NCBI GenBank assembly: GCA_043759365.1
Contig: JAYVNB010000119.1
Location: 1 to 43,570, forward strand
Origin: Bacteriovoracaceae bacterium
GTDB lineage: Bacteria > Bdellovibrionota > UBA1018
DNA: 43,570 nucleotides
Reading direction: 5' to 3'
Position numbers and translations under genes: made by a program. The notes beneath the pieces are model-generated. The model was not told the origin of the DNA, ran no database searches, and worked only from the letters and a program-made list of their open reading frames with translations. How positions within the stretch are numbered: position 1 is the first letter of the stretch; every line of letters starts with the position of its first letter. Shown here one piece after another: positions 18,739 to 28,283 of this stretch.

Positions 18739-19291
18739 AGAATACGTTGGTGACCGCGATATCCCTGTCCTTGGCCTCGGCCCTCAGCAGGTCGTTCACG
18801 AGATCCAGGATCTGCGTGCGGAGAACGTAACGGCCCTGGACCGTGGTGAGTTCCTCAAAGCTTTTTCGGCCGACCATGGAGAGGATCTTGTCGAGGAGGA
18901 TGGGTCGAAGTCCCTCGATGTCGTCTTTTTTCGTGATGTCCCGGATCTCGAAAGAGAACGCGATCGTCGCGTAATGGACCTTGCCCGGAAACTGCCCCGG
19001 CTGAGGCTCAGTCTCGGATTTGGGATTGGGCATCGTGGACTTGATGTTGACCGTGACGGGTTCGAAATTCACAAGTCCTACGACTGTGGGCGCTTTGGGG
19101 TGGGCTTGGGCATCCAGGAGTTTTGCGCGTTCGTCTTGCTCAGTGATCGCCGGGCGTTTGAACAAGATGCGCGTGTAGACGAAAGCGCCCAGAGCAGCCA
19201 GGATCGCGATCGTGTTCATCAGAACCACGAGAAGGGGAACTTTGGATTCGCCGGGTGTCGGTTTCTCGCTCGCTTCGACGGGATCTGCCAC
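18716..19291 (-). CDS. fliL: Flagellar basal body-associated protein FliL
   Basis: N-terminal TM; VTVNI, RPILLDKILSM, ELTTVQGR..LR..I, VTNVFFTQFLVQ terminus. Confidence 0.85.
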   Translation of the reverse strand: MADPVEASEKPTPGESKVPLLVVLMNTIAILAALGAFVYTRILFKRPAITEQDERAKLLDAQAHPKAPTVVGLVNFEPVTVNIKSTMPNPKSETEPQPGQFPGKVHYATIAFSFEIRDITKKDDIEGLRPILLDKILSMVGRKSFEELTTVQGRYVLRTQILDLVNDLLRAEAKDRDIAVTNVFFTQFLVQ

Positions 19292-19383
19292 GGATGAGAG
19301 TGTAACAGGTCCGAAGCAAGGTTCAACCCGCAGTGCCTCAATGTTGGGAGAGTTTTTGCCGAAGAGCTGTCAGGAGAACAACG

Positions 19384-20556
19384 ATGTCCAAGGTCTCAGC
19401 GTTTTCGGCCCTGTTCACGGTATTGATGAACGGATGGCTTGTCCAGGCGCAAGCTGCTTCTCCTCCTTCGGGCTTTGCCTATTGCGGAAGCCAGGGAGAC
19501 CAGTCGTGCTGCTACCACGTCGTTCCGACCTGGTGGTGCCCGAGCGACAAGCGAATCGAAACTGGAACCTGCTCAGTCAGCACCCAACGGTTCGGAGCCC
19601 TCAGTGGGACACTCTACAAATGCCTCGATCCTTCGAAGGCTGGATCGCCGGCCAAAGGCGGAAAAATCATCCCCCTTGAAAACACCGCGACCGTGGCGCG
19701 CAGTAAAGCCGCTTTGAGGTCTATTCCCAGACCCGTCCCAGGTCCCTCCGTGAGACCTCTCCCCAGCGGTTTCCCAGTTGAGCCGAACGAAGACCAGGAG
19801 TGCGATGGAGACGAAGACGGGACTTGCACGAGAGGTGAGACTCCTACCGGCCGGCCGAATCCAAAGCCCTCGAGGACGAGTGATTTCTCGTGGCCCCCCG
19901 CCAACTTGCCGAAGACCGCGGTGCCTTTGACGGGAAAGTGTGGAGCCACCGAAGTGAGCGAGGTTTTCGGGTCGAAGGCGTTCGTCACTCGGGCGGGTGT
20001 CCTGTTTTTCGACCCCCTGGATCCGGGCACCGTCGCATTCATGAGGATCCATGGTTCAGATTCGCTCTATTGTCAGGTCTCGGCGCAAGACGCAGTGGAG
20101 TTCGCGACTCAGGTGGAGAATAGGGCCGGAGATGCGGAATTCGACCGATTCGTCGGTCCCTATGCCCCGACTGCTTCGAAGAACGGCCGGACTCGACTCC
20201 TCAGCGCCCGGTATGGATGCAGTCTGTTGCCGAACACTTCGCATATCGATGTCACAGCCGCCCAAAGCAATACCCTTTTGGGCAGCTTGAGGAGGGTCGA
20301 TGGGCCGCGAGGATTCAGTCGAATCTCCGGAGTTTCCGAGCGTGGCAATTCTTCTCCCTTGGCCGCCATCGACTTCGCTCCGAACTCCTTGGGCGGATAC
20401 GTGTTTTCGGGGAGTTGCAAGGACGGCAGTCCGGCGTTTCGAGGATTGAACGACGTCAACGGGATCGCTTCCCAAACGGGCGGGATTTCCCCGGGCGGGT
20501 CCGGGTCCGGGAGCGACCCGGAGAAGGCCGGAGACGCAGGCGGCAGCTTCAGATGA
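19384..20556 (+). CDS. Secreted hypothetical protein (Cys-rich N-domain, Pro-rich linker)
   Basis: CAGGAG RBS, signal peptide ending AQA, Cys clusters, PRPVPGP linker. Confidence 0.7.
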   Translation: MSKVSAFSALFTVLMNGWLVQAQAASPPSGFAYCGSQGDQSCCYHVVPTWWCPSDKRIETGTCSVSTQRFGALSGTLYKCLDPSKAGSPAKGGKIIPLENTATVARSKAALRSIPRPVPGPSVRPLPSGFPVEPNEDQECDGDEDGTCTRGETPTGRPNPKPSRTSDFSWPPANLPKTAVPLTGKCGATEVSEVFGSKAFVTRAGVLFFDPLDPGTVAFMRIHGSDSLYCQVSAQDAVEFATQVENRAGDAEFDRFVGPYAPTASKNGRTRLLSARYGCSLLPNTSHIDVTAAQSNTLLGSLRRVDGPRGFSRISGVSERGNSSPLAAIDFAPNSLGGYVFSGSCKDGSPAFRGLNDVNGIASQTGGISPGGSGSGSDPEKAGDAGGSFR

Positions 20557-20843
20557 GGGTTCAAGGCTGGATGCTCTGTTGGCTGGGAGCTATCGGGTTG
20601 GATTCGGGGTTTTCCGAGGCCAGGATGCGGGTCGAATATTCGGCACCCCTCACCCAAGGTTGCACAGTCATGGGGTTTGATCCAAAAGAGGTTTCCATGC
20701 GGTGTAATGGGGTGATGGGACTCGCTCGCTACCCGCGAGCGAAGTTCGATCGCTATTTCGGGGAGCCGCGCGACGGGATGAAGGTGGGTGGCGATCCACT
20801 CCAACCGAGCTCCCGTAGTCCGGCATCCTCGAAGCGGCCCTGA
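20553..20843 (+). CDS. Small putatively secreted hypothetical protein
   Basis: ATGA overlap with the upstream stop (20553-20556); hydrophobic N-terminus ending SEA. Confidence 0.55.
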   Translation: MRVQGWMLCWLGAIGLDSGFSEARMRVEYSAPLTQGCTVMGFDPKEVSMRCNGVMGLARYPRAKFDRYFGEPRDGMKVGGDPLQPSSRSPASSKRP

Positions 20844-20886
20844 GTTCCTCTGAGGCGTCCGATTCCAATTGAGAAGCTTTGGAACG

Positions 20887-20925
20887 AAAAAAGGAGCGCT
20901 TCGGGATTCCCGAGGCGCTCCTTTT
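20887..20925. terminator. Bidirectional intrinsic terminator between converging genes
   Basis: AAAAGGAGCGCTTCGGG-ATT-CCCGAGGCGCTCCTTTT stem-loop with A/T tracts on both sides. Confidence 0.85.
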
Positions 20926-20952
20926 CGGTTTCAGACCGAAGTCTGTAAAAAA

Positions 20953-22059
20953 CTAGACCCGAACGGCTTCATAAGGAAGACCGAGGTCGTCGGCAACCTG
21001 CTTGTAAGCAACCTTGCCGTTGAGGATGTTCACACCCTTGAGGAGTGCGGAGTCCTTGGCGACGGCTTCTTTCCAGCCGAGGTTGGCAAGCATGACGGCG
21101 TATTTCATCGTCACGTTGGTCAAAGCATAGGTCGAAGTGCGGGGCACTGCACCTGGCATGTTCGGAACTGCGTAGTGGATCACGCCGTCAACTGTATAGG
21201 TGGGGTGTTCGTGCGAGGTCGGACGGCAGGTCTCGACCGAACCGCCCTGGTCGACAGCGACGTCCACGACGACTCCGCCAGGCTGCATGCGCGAAATCAT
21301 GTCGCGAGTGACCAGTTTCGGGGCTTTGGCACCTGGCACCAGCACGGCCCCGATGACGAGATCCGCTTGATTGACGGCCTTCTCGATCTGCTCGCTGTTG
21401 GAGTAGAGGGTAGTGACTTCGTTGCCGAAGATGTCGGAAAGATAGTCGAGACGGTGGACATTGGTATCGAGGATGGTCACTCGGGCGCCGAGACCGACTG
21501 CCATTTTTGCGGAGTTGATGCCGACCACACCTCCTCCGAGGATGACGACGTTAGCGCGATCCACGCCGGTCACGCCGCCGAGGAGCATGCCTTTGCCGCC
21601 GTGATCGTGCTGGAGGTAAGAGGCTCCGATCTGAGTCGCCATGCGGCCGGCAACAGCCGACATCGGGGCGAGCAGGGGGAGCGAACCGTCCGCGGGCTGG
21701 ATGGTCTCGTACGCGATGCCGACGATCTTGCGCTCCATGAGGGCCTTGGTGAGGCGTTCATCGGCTGCGAGGTGAAGGTAGGTGTAGAGGATCTGGCCTT
21801 CGCGGAGCATTGAATACTCCTCAGGAAGGGGCTCTTTCACTTTCACGATCATGTCGGACTTTTCGAAAATCTCTTTCGGACCTTCGATGATGGTGGCGCC
21901 TGCCTTGCGGTAGTCGTCATCGGATATTCCAGCGCCGACGCCGGCGTTGTGTTGAATCAGGACCTTGTGCCCAGCGGTGGTCAGAGCGCGAACGCCCGCG
22001 ACAACCATGCCTACGCGGTTTTCTTTGTTCTTAATTTCCTTAGGAACGCCGACAATCAT
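20953..22059 (-). CDS. ald: Alanine dehydrogenase
   Basis: [61 protein letters not shown]; GAGGAG RBS. Confidence 0.97.
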   Translation of the reverse strand: MIVGVPKEIKNKENRVGMVVAGVRALTTAGHKVLIQHNAGVGAGISDDDYRKAGATIIEGPKEIFEKSDMIVKVKEPLPEEYSMLREGQILYTYLHLAADERLTKALMERKIVGIAYETIQPADGSLPLLAPMSAVAGRMATQIGASYLQHDHGGKGMLLGGVTGVDRANVVILGGGVVGINSAKMAVGLGARVTILDTNVHRLDYLSDIFGNEVTTLYSNSEQIEKAVNQADLVIGAVLVPGAKAPKLVTRDMISRMQPGGVVVDVAVDQGGSVETCRPTSHEHPTYTVDGVIHYAVPNMPGAVPRTSTYALTNVTMKYAVMLANLGWKEAVAKDSALLKGVNILNGKVAYKQVADDLGLPYEAVRV

Positions 22060-22093
22060 CTGAAAGCTCCTCACCGCATTTCAGCGCGGTATT

Positions 22094-22888
22094 TTAAGTG
22101 CGAATCGATAGTCCGTCGTAGGCGAGTTGCACTCCCGGGGGGAGCTTCTTCGTCCACTTTTCGTATTCGAAGTCATGTCCGAGATGCGTCAGAAAAGTCT
22201 TCTTCGGGCGCAGTTCGGAAATCACTTCCAGCGCTTGCTCGAGATTGAGGTGAGTCCCATGGGGTTGGATTCGAAGGCAATCCAGAACCAAAACGGACAA
22301 ACCTCTCAATCGATCAAGGGATGAAGGAGGGATATAGCTGCAATCCGTAACGTAGGCAACACCGTCGATGCGGTAGGCCACGCACTCCTTCGTGCCATGT
22401 TTCAAGGAGATCGGAATAATCCGGATCCCAGCGGCCTCGAACGAATCAACCTCGGTCCGGATACAGTTTAATTCGAGCTGGGGGATGCCGCCACCCTCGA
22501 TTGGGCCAGGCTTGAAGATATATTCAAATTTCTGGCGGAGATCCTGGCAGGTCCATTCGTTTCCGTAGACCGGAATCGACGAATTCTGGAGGAAGTTGTA
22601 ATTGCGGAGCTCATCGATCCCATGGAGATGGTCGGCGTGGGGGTGGGTATAGAGGACGGCGTCCACTCTGGGGATCTTTTCCCGGAGCGCTTGTTGCCGG
22701 AGATCGGTAGAAGTGTCGATCAGGAGACTCTTGCCCCGGGTCTGAATCCAGGCCGAAGCGCGGAGGCGCTTGTTCTTGGAATTCTTGGACCGGCAAACTG
22801 CACAGTCGCAAGAAATGAGGGGAACACCGGTCGAGGTTCCGCATCCCAGGATAGTCATTTCAACGGATGAGTTTAAAGAGGGAGTCAT
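22094..22888 (-). CDS. MBL-fold metallo-hydrolase (PhnP/YycJ-like phosphodiesterase)
   Basis: LGCGTSTGVP..CxCxxC, THPHADH, YVTD, THLGH, AYDG. Start uncertain. Confidence 0.9.
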   Translation of the reverse strand: MTPSLNSSVEMTILGCGTSTGVPLISCDCAVCRSKNSKNKRLRASAWIQTRGKSLLIDTSTDLRQQALREKIPRVDAVLYTHPHADHLHGIDELRNYNFLQNSSIPVYGNEWTCQDLRQKFEYIFKPGPIEGGGIPQLELNCIRTEVDSFEAAGIRIIPISLKHGTKECVAYRIDGVAYVTDCSYIPPSSLDRLRGLSVLVLDCLRIQPHGTHLNLEQALEVISELRPKKTFLTHLGHDFEYEKWTKKLPPGVQLAYDGLSIRT

Positions 22889-22999
22889 CGAAGAACTCAG
22901 GATGCCTGAGAGCCGACCCATCGGCAACTTCTGGCTCGTCGCCCCAAAATCATGTTAAGGAACACTCCACCTTAAAATCGTTTTCAACAGGGGTTCTTC

Positions 23000-23611
23000 A
23001 TGAAACTGCAAATGCTTTGCTGTCTGCTCATCTCGTTCGCTTTTGTGGCCTGCGCAGGTCTCCCGCAGGTCGATCGCCAACCCGAAGTGGCGCGCGAGCA
23101 CGGATATTTCGTTTCCAGCCAGGAAGCCACGGCGCGCGGGGGAGTCGGTGGCTATGTGCCTCGCGCAAGCCGCTGGAACTCCCGGTCCTCCGCAGCCCAA
23201 AAAACCGCAGTGGCCAACCCGGCGCCCGATACCCTGAGCACGACCAAGGCTGCTCCCGCTCGAACTGCAGCGATCATTGCGGCGGTCACTCCGCCAAAAG
23301 TGTATTTTGGAAGCGGTTCGGCCAAGTTGAGTGCGGAGGCTAAGAAGGAGCTTCGCGCTTTTGCTCAGGAGTCATCGGCTCACGGCAAGGCGATCCAGGT
23401 TCGGGGTTATGCGGACGCAACTGGCTCGAAGAGCATGAACCAGAAACTCACAGTGGTTCGTGCACAGAACGTCGCTGCTTTTCTCCGTAGCCAGGGGTCG
23501 CTTTCGTCATCGAAGATGCGAGTCGAAGGCGAGGGTGTGGATGTCGCTGCTCCGGTTGGAAAGCGTACTCCTGCCAGCCGCCGGGTCGAGATCGTGACCC
23601 AAGGCTCTTGA
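23000..23611 (+). CDS. OmpA-family peptidoglycan-binding lipoprotein
   Basis: Lipobox-like FVAC; VYFGSGSAKL, GYADATG...NQKL...RAQNV, RRVEI. Confidence 0.88.
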   Translation: MKLQMLCCLLISFAFVACAGLPQVDRQPEVAREHGYFVSSQEATARGGVGGYVPRASRWNSRSSAAQKTAVANPAPDTLSTTKAAPARTAAIIAAVTPPKVYFGSGSAKLSAEAKKELRAFAQESSAHGKAIQVRGYADATGSKSMNQKLTVVRAQNVAAFLRSQGSLSSSKMRVEGEGVDVAAPVGKRTPASRRVEIVTQGS

Positions 23612-23623
23612 CTCCATGAGCCA

Positions 23624-23650
23624 CCCTGGATCCCTTCGAGGGATCTGGGG
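23624..23650 (+). terminator. GC-rich stem-loop after the OmpA gene (terminator or RNA stability element)
   Basis: CCCTGGATCCCT-TCG-AGGGATCTGGGG hairpin with two G-U pairs; weak U tract. Confidence 0.4.
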
Positions 23651-23690
23651 TTGCTGTTCCGGCTCCGATTCAATATCCTGACTCCCTCGC

Positions 23691-24695
23691 ATGAAAGCAC
23701 TTGTCACCGGCGCCAGCGGATTCATCGGAAGCACCCTTATCCAAGAGCTCAATACACGAGGCTTTGAAGTCTTTGCGCTCATGCGCAAGACTTCAAGCGA
23801 CGCGAATCTCGAAGGGCTGAAGTATGAGAGACGCGAAGGCGATCTTTCCGATTTGCGATCCCTCAAGTCCGCAGTCAAAGGGATGGATTACGTTTTTCAT
23901 CTCGCCGGCACTATTTTCGGGCCGAACCGGCAGTATTTTTTCGAGCATAATTCCGAAGGGACGCGCCGCTTGGCCGAAGCAGTGGCAGAAGACTGCCCGA
24001 GCCTCAAGCGCTTCGTATTCGTCTCGAGCTTGGCTGCCGGCGGCCCCTCGTTGAGTGCGTCGCCGCGGACCGAGGCTGACAGCGATGCTCCGGTCTCCGC
24101 CTACGGGTGGAGCAAGCTTTCAGCTGAGCATACGCTTCTCAAGTTCAAGAACCGTTACCCGATTTCGATCCTTCGGCCTCCCATGGTTTACGGTCCCAAG
24201 GACAAGGCGACTTTCATCTTCGTCAAGACAGTCGCGGGAAACATCGTGCCCATGCTCCGAGGATCGAATCCCGAAGGGCACAAGTATTTCACCGCCATTC
24301 ATGTCTCGGATCTCGTCCAGGGCATCATCGCAGCCGCGCTCCCTTCGTTAGATCGGGTGGCATCGGGCGAAATCTTCTACCTCACCCATGACGAGATGTT
24401 CACTTACGAGACTTTGATGGACACTATCGCGCGCAATTTGGGCAAAACCCCCTGGAAGCTCCGGGTTCCGCGCGCGGCGATCACGATAGCCGCCCATGGA
24501 TTGGGTGTCTTGAGCAAAGTGACACGGAAGGTCTATTCGCTCAATCGCGACAAACTCAATGAGATCCACGCCGACTATTGGATCTGTTCGAGCGCCAAAG
24601 CGCAGGCGAAGCTCGGATTCGCGGCCAGTTACGATCTCGCCCAGGGAATGGCCGATTCCATCGGCTGGTACAAGAAGCAAGGATGGATCCGATGA
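23691..24695 (+). CDS. NAD-dependent epimerase/dehydratase (extended SDR)
   Basis: TGASGFIG, VSSLAA, YGWSK catalytic motif, RPPMVYGP. Confidence 0.92.
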   Translation: MKALVTGASGFIGSTLIQELNTRGFEVFALMRKTSSDANLEGLKYERREGDLSDLRSLKSAVKGMDYVFHLAGTIFGPNRQYFFEHNSEGTRRLAEAVAEDCPSLKRFVFVSSLAAGGPSLSASPRTEADSDAPVSAYGWSKLSAEHTLLKFKNRYPISILRPPMVYGPKDKATFIFVKTVAGNIVPMLRGSNPEGHKYFTAIHVSDLVQGIIAAALPSLDRVASGEIFYLTHDEMFTYETLMDTIARNLGKTPWKLRVPRAAITIAAHGLGVLSKVTRKVYSLNRDKLNEIHADYWICSSAKAQAKLGFAASYDLAQGMADSIGWYKKQGWIR

Positions 24696-26083
24696 AGTCT
24701 CAAGTCCTCAGTGCCTACTCGATCGCAGTAGCTCTCTCGGTCGGTTGGGTTGCCTGCTCCTCGGCGCCGGTCGCTCAGGTTGCGACTCTCGCCAAGATCC
24801 CCGATGAGCTCGGGATCCACCTCGACATGGATAGGCACGTTCTGTCGAATGGACTCACGGTGATTCTGGTCGAAGATCGAAGCACGCCGGTAGTCTCCTA
24901 CCAGACCTGGTTCAAAGTTGGGTCGGTCGATGAGCACGTCGGCACCACGGGGATGGCCCATCTCTTTGAACATTTGATGTTCAAAGGAACCCTGAAATAC
25001 GGACCCAAGAAGTTCTTCGAGAAACTGGAAGCGCGTGGCGCCGAGGTCAACGCCTACACCACGCGCGACTACACAGTTTACCACGAGTCGTTCACTCCGC
25101 AGCTCATCGACCAAGTCATCGACATGGAATCCGACCGGATGACCGGGCTCGTGCTCGACGCGGATACTGTCAACATCGAGCGCCAAGTTGTTCTGGAGGA
25201 GCGTCGGATGCGGACCGACAATTCGCCGGGAGGCAAGATGCAGGAAGCCCTTTGGAGCCTAGCCTACCGGGTACACCCCTATCAATGGCCCGTGATCGGT
25301 TATTCCGAGGATGTGATCAAGGTTCCCCTGGAAACAGTCCGGAAGTTCTACGGGGACTTCTACCAACCTTCGAACGCGACCTTGGTCGTGGTGGGGAACT
25401 TCGACAAGAAAGTCGTTTTCTGGAAAATCCAGGCCGCTTACTCCAGCATAAAAGGCGCTTTGCGTCCAAAACGCGAGATTCCGAAGGAGCCCCAGCAGAC
25501 CGGGGAGCGGCGAATCGTTCTCTATGACAACGTCGCCTCCGGGAGATTGAGCCTAGCCTACCATGTGACTGATGCCGACAGCGATGATACTTACGCCCTC
25601 GATGTGTTGGCCAACATCCTCTTCGCCGGCACGAGCGGACGAGGGTACCGGAGCTTGGTCGACGGATCCGAACTCGTGACTTCGGTGGGAGGGTCTGCAT
25701 TCACTCCGACTTTTCCGGGGCTCTTCATCATCACCTCGACCCCTCGCGCTGCCATTCGGAGCGAAGAAGTTGAAAAAGGCATTGAGAGCTTGATCCAAGA
25801 GGTCCAGAAGAGTGGAGTGACTCGCGAAGAGGTTCAAGTCGCAGTTCGTCAGCTGACGGTCCAGATGGTCGACAGCGTACGCACCCCCCACGGTCTCGCT
25901 CAGTTGATCGGCACGGTGACCACGGTATTGGGTGACCCGAGTCGCTTTTCGGAGGACCTCGCTAAATACACGAAGGTCACCGTCGGAGACGTACAGCGGG
26001 TCGCGCGCAAGTACCTCGTACCCGACAACCGCTCGGTCGTCACGCTCCTGCCGAAGCTTCAGGCAGAGAAAGTGTCCCCATGA
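24692..26083 (+). CDS. M16B zinc peptidase, catalytic subunit (probable lipoprotein)
   Basis: ATGA overlap; VAC lipobox-like; HLFEH inverted zinc motif, NAYT, EERRMR. Confidence 0.92.
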   Translation: MKSQVLSAYSIAVALSVGWVACSSAPVAQVATLAKIPDELGIHLDMDRHVLSNGLTVILVEDRSTPVVSYQTWFKVGSVDEHVGTTGMAHLFEHLMFKGTLKYGPKKFFEKLEARGAEVNAYTTRDYTVYHESFTPQLIDQVIDMESDRMTGLVLDADTVNIERQVVLEERRMRTDNSPGGKMQEALWSLAYRVHPYQWPVIGYSEDVIKVPLETVRKFYGDFYQPSNATLVVVGNFDKKVVFWKIQAAYSSIKGALRPKREIPKEPQQTGERRIVLYDNVASGRLSLAYHVTDADSDDTYALDVLANILFAGTSGRGYRSLVDGSELVTSVGGSAFTPTFPGLFIITSTPRAAIRSEEVEKGIESLIQEVQKSGVTREEVQVAVRQLTVQMVDSVRTPHGLAQLIGTVTTVLGDPSRFSEDLAKYTKVTVGDVQRVARKYLVPDNRSVVTLLPKLQAEKVSP

Positions 26084-27474
26084 AACGCATCTTCTCCCTG
26101 TTTTTCACTCTTTGCGCGTTATCGGCCTTCGGCGCCGAAGCCCCAGTGCTCCTGCAGCCCGAAATGGAGAAGCTCCCGAACGGGCTGACTGTCGCTTGGT
26201 ATCCGAACGACAGCTTGCCGGTCGTTGATCTGGTGCTGCTCGTGAAATCCGGCTATCGCAACGACCCGAAGGGTAAGTCAGGGACCTCCGAACTCCTGTC
26301 CGCCACATTGGACAAAGGGGCGGGCGGGATGACCGCACAAGCGATTTCCCAAGCAGTCGAGAGGCTCGGGGCATCCCGGTATGCGGTCTCTGATGATGAC
26401 GATTTCACCGCAGGGATGCACGGTTTGGCGCCGGACGCTCCTTTGTTGCTGGATATCCTGTCGAAAATGGTGATCCACCCGGAGTTTCCCGCGAACGAGG
26501 TCAGGCGCGAGCATTCGCGGCTTCTCGAGCGTTGGGCCCATCTTCCTGATTACGGGGATGCTTTGGCCTCGCTCGCCTATCACCGTTCGATTGCTGCTGG
26601 CACCGAGTACGGGCGCGGAAACTTCCTTCGAATTTCCGAATTCAAGAAGATCGATCGAACCGATCTCATCGCGTTCCATCGGCGGAACTTCACACCCGGG
26701 AATTCGATTCTCATGGTGGTGGGTCGTGTGGACCGGCAAGCCTTCGGCGAGCGGATCCGCAAGGATCTGGGAGGCTGGCAGGGAGAGGTTCCGAAGCCGA
26801 AGCCCGTCCTTTTCGCGGATGCCGGAGTGAAGCGGACCAGTCAGGACGAGATTCTCCTGGTCGAGCGCGAAGGCCTCACGCAGGCTCAGGTGCGACTCGG
26901 CTTCCGAGTGCCTTTGATCAAGAATCCGGACCGGTACTCGCTGGCGGTCTTGAATGCATTGGTGGGGGAGTATTTTCATAGTCGCCTCAACACGGTCATC
27001 CGCGATCAGCTCGGCCTGACGTACGGAATCGGGAGCTCCTTCAACTTCAGTCAGACGCTCGCGACTTTCGCGATCAGCTCGGCGACGCGCAACGAGACAG
27101 TCGGGAACCTGGTCAAAAAGACCCGCGAGATTCTGGAGAGCATCCGCAGCGGGGATATCTCCGAAGATGAAGTGAAAATGGCCAAGGAATACCTCGTCGG
27201 CGGATTTCCGCTGAGCGTTGCGACCCTGAACGACGTGGCATCGCGCTGGTTGAGCGGCTACGTCTTCGAGCTGGGGCCTGAGTATTTGAATGGATATGTG
27301 CCCCGGATTTCCGCAGTCACTCGCGAGCAGGTGCTGAGCGCAGCCAAGAAGCACATGGACCTCGACCATATGACCGTGGTGGTCGCCGGAGAGCCTGAGC
27401 CGATTTTGGGGAGTTTAAAAGCGGCCGGGTTCACTCGTGTGAAACGGATCAAGCCCAGGGCTTTGATGGATTAA
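26080..27474 (+). CDS. M16B peptidase, non-catalytic partner subunit
   Basis: ATGA overlap; signal peptide; LPNGL, SRLNTVIRDQLGLTY (R/Y pair); no HXXEH. Confidence 0.9.
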   Translation: MKRIFSLFFTLCALSAFGAEAPVLLQPEMEKLPNGLTVAWYPNDSLPVVDLVLLVKSGYRNDPKGKSGTSELLSATLDKGAGGMTAQAISQAVERLGASRYAVSDDDDFTAGMHGLAPDAPLLLDILSKMVIHPEFPANEVRREHSRLLERWAHLPDYGDALASLAYHRSIAAGTEYGRGNFLRISEFKKIDRTDLIAFHRRNFTPGNSILMVVGRVDRQAFGERIRKDLGGWQGEVPKPKPVLFADAGVKRTSQDEILLVEREGLTQAQVRLGFRVPLIKNPDRYSLAVLNALVGEYFHSRLNTVIRDQLGLTYGIGSSFNFSQTLATFAISSATRNETVGNLVKKTREILESIRSGDISEDEVKMAKEYLVGGFPLSVATLNDVASRWLSGYVFELGPEYLNGYVPRISAVTREQVLSAAKKHMDLDHMTVVVAGEPEPILGSLKAAGFTRVKRIKPRALMD

Positions 27475-27478
27475 GCGC

Positions 27479-28162
27479 TCAGGCTTGGCGGATCGAGAAG
27501 TGGCGATCTTCCCCGAACTGGATCCCCAGCCCGAGCGGCTCGATTTTTCTACGCAACTTGAAGAGATGGACGTCGAGGGTTTTTGAAACGACTTTCGTGC
27601 CTTTCCAGATTCTCCCGTACAGCTCTTCGCGGGACGCTCCTTTGGGGTAGCTCTCTTTCAGGATCAGGAGGATGTGGAACTCAGTGAGTGTGAGCTTAGC
27701 TTTGGCGCTTTTCACCCCGACTGTCAGCGAGAGAAAATCGAGCTCGGCCAAGAGCTTGCTTTCCGCCTGGATCCGATGCTTCTGGATCAGCCTTTCCAGT
27801 TTGATCCTCAGAAGCTCGGGATGGATGGGCTTGACGAAAAAGTCGTGGGCGCCGAATTCGAGGCTTCTCTCGATCAGGGACGCAGTGGGCTTGTTCGAGA
27901 CGATCACGAGCGGAAACTCGAGAGGAGCGCGATCCGCTAAAAAATTGAATAGGTTGCCGTCGATCAAGTCGGCCTCTGCGATCAATGCGCCGGGAGCGCC
28001 TTGATCCTGCAATGCTTGATGCAATTCCGCGAATTTTAGAAACCCCCGCACTTCGCGGGTAGCGCTGAAAAGGTCCCGGATCCCTTCGATATCGGACTTC
28101 AGTCGGTCTGCGACCCAGACTTCGTTGTCGTAACTTTTGTGCAAAGAGCGCCCGGAAGCCAT
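27479..28162 (-). CDS. OmpR/PhoB-family response regulator with atypical receiver domain
   Basis: C-terminal winged helix LTLTEFHIL...SREEL...IW...TLDVHLFKLRRKI; receiver keeps GAHDFFVKP but lacks the canonical acidic residues. Confidence 0.85.
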   Translation of the reverse strand: MASGRSLHKSYDNEVWVADRLKSDIEGIRDLFSATREVRGFLKFAELHQALQDQGAPGALIAEADLIDGNLFNFLADRAPLEFPLVIVSNKPTASLIERSLEFGAHDFFVKPIHPELLRIKLERLIQKHRIQAESKLLAELDFLSLTVGVKSAKAKLTLTEFHILLILKESYPKGASREELYGRIWKGTKVVSKTLDVHLFKLRRKIEPLGLGIQFGEDRHFSIRQA

Positions 28163-28236
28163 TGTTTCGGATAACCTATTTTGGCAACGGGGCGCTAGCG
28201 GTGGTTTCGATTGAAGCGGCCGGTAAAGTTTTCTTA

Positions 28237-28254
28237 TCTGAAAGGGTGTTCAGA
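28237..28254. promoter_or_regulatory. Dyad TCTGAA-N6-TTCAGA, candidate operator
   Basis: Perfect 6-bp inverted arms in the divergent intergenic region, 30 nt upstream of the ATG at 28284. Confidence 0.3.
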
Positions 28255-28283
28255 CTTCCGACGCACAAACCGAAGATCCAGGT

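Noticed and set aside
20869-21813. 314-aa + strand ORF
   Set aside because: Antisense shadow of ald.
28181-28199. TTGGCA element as a sigma-54 promoter for the GNAT-HDO operon
   Set aside because: No GC at the required GG-N10-GC spacing.
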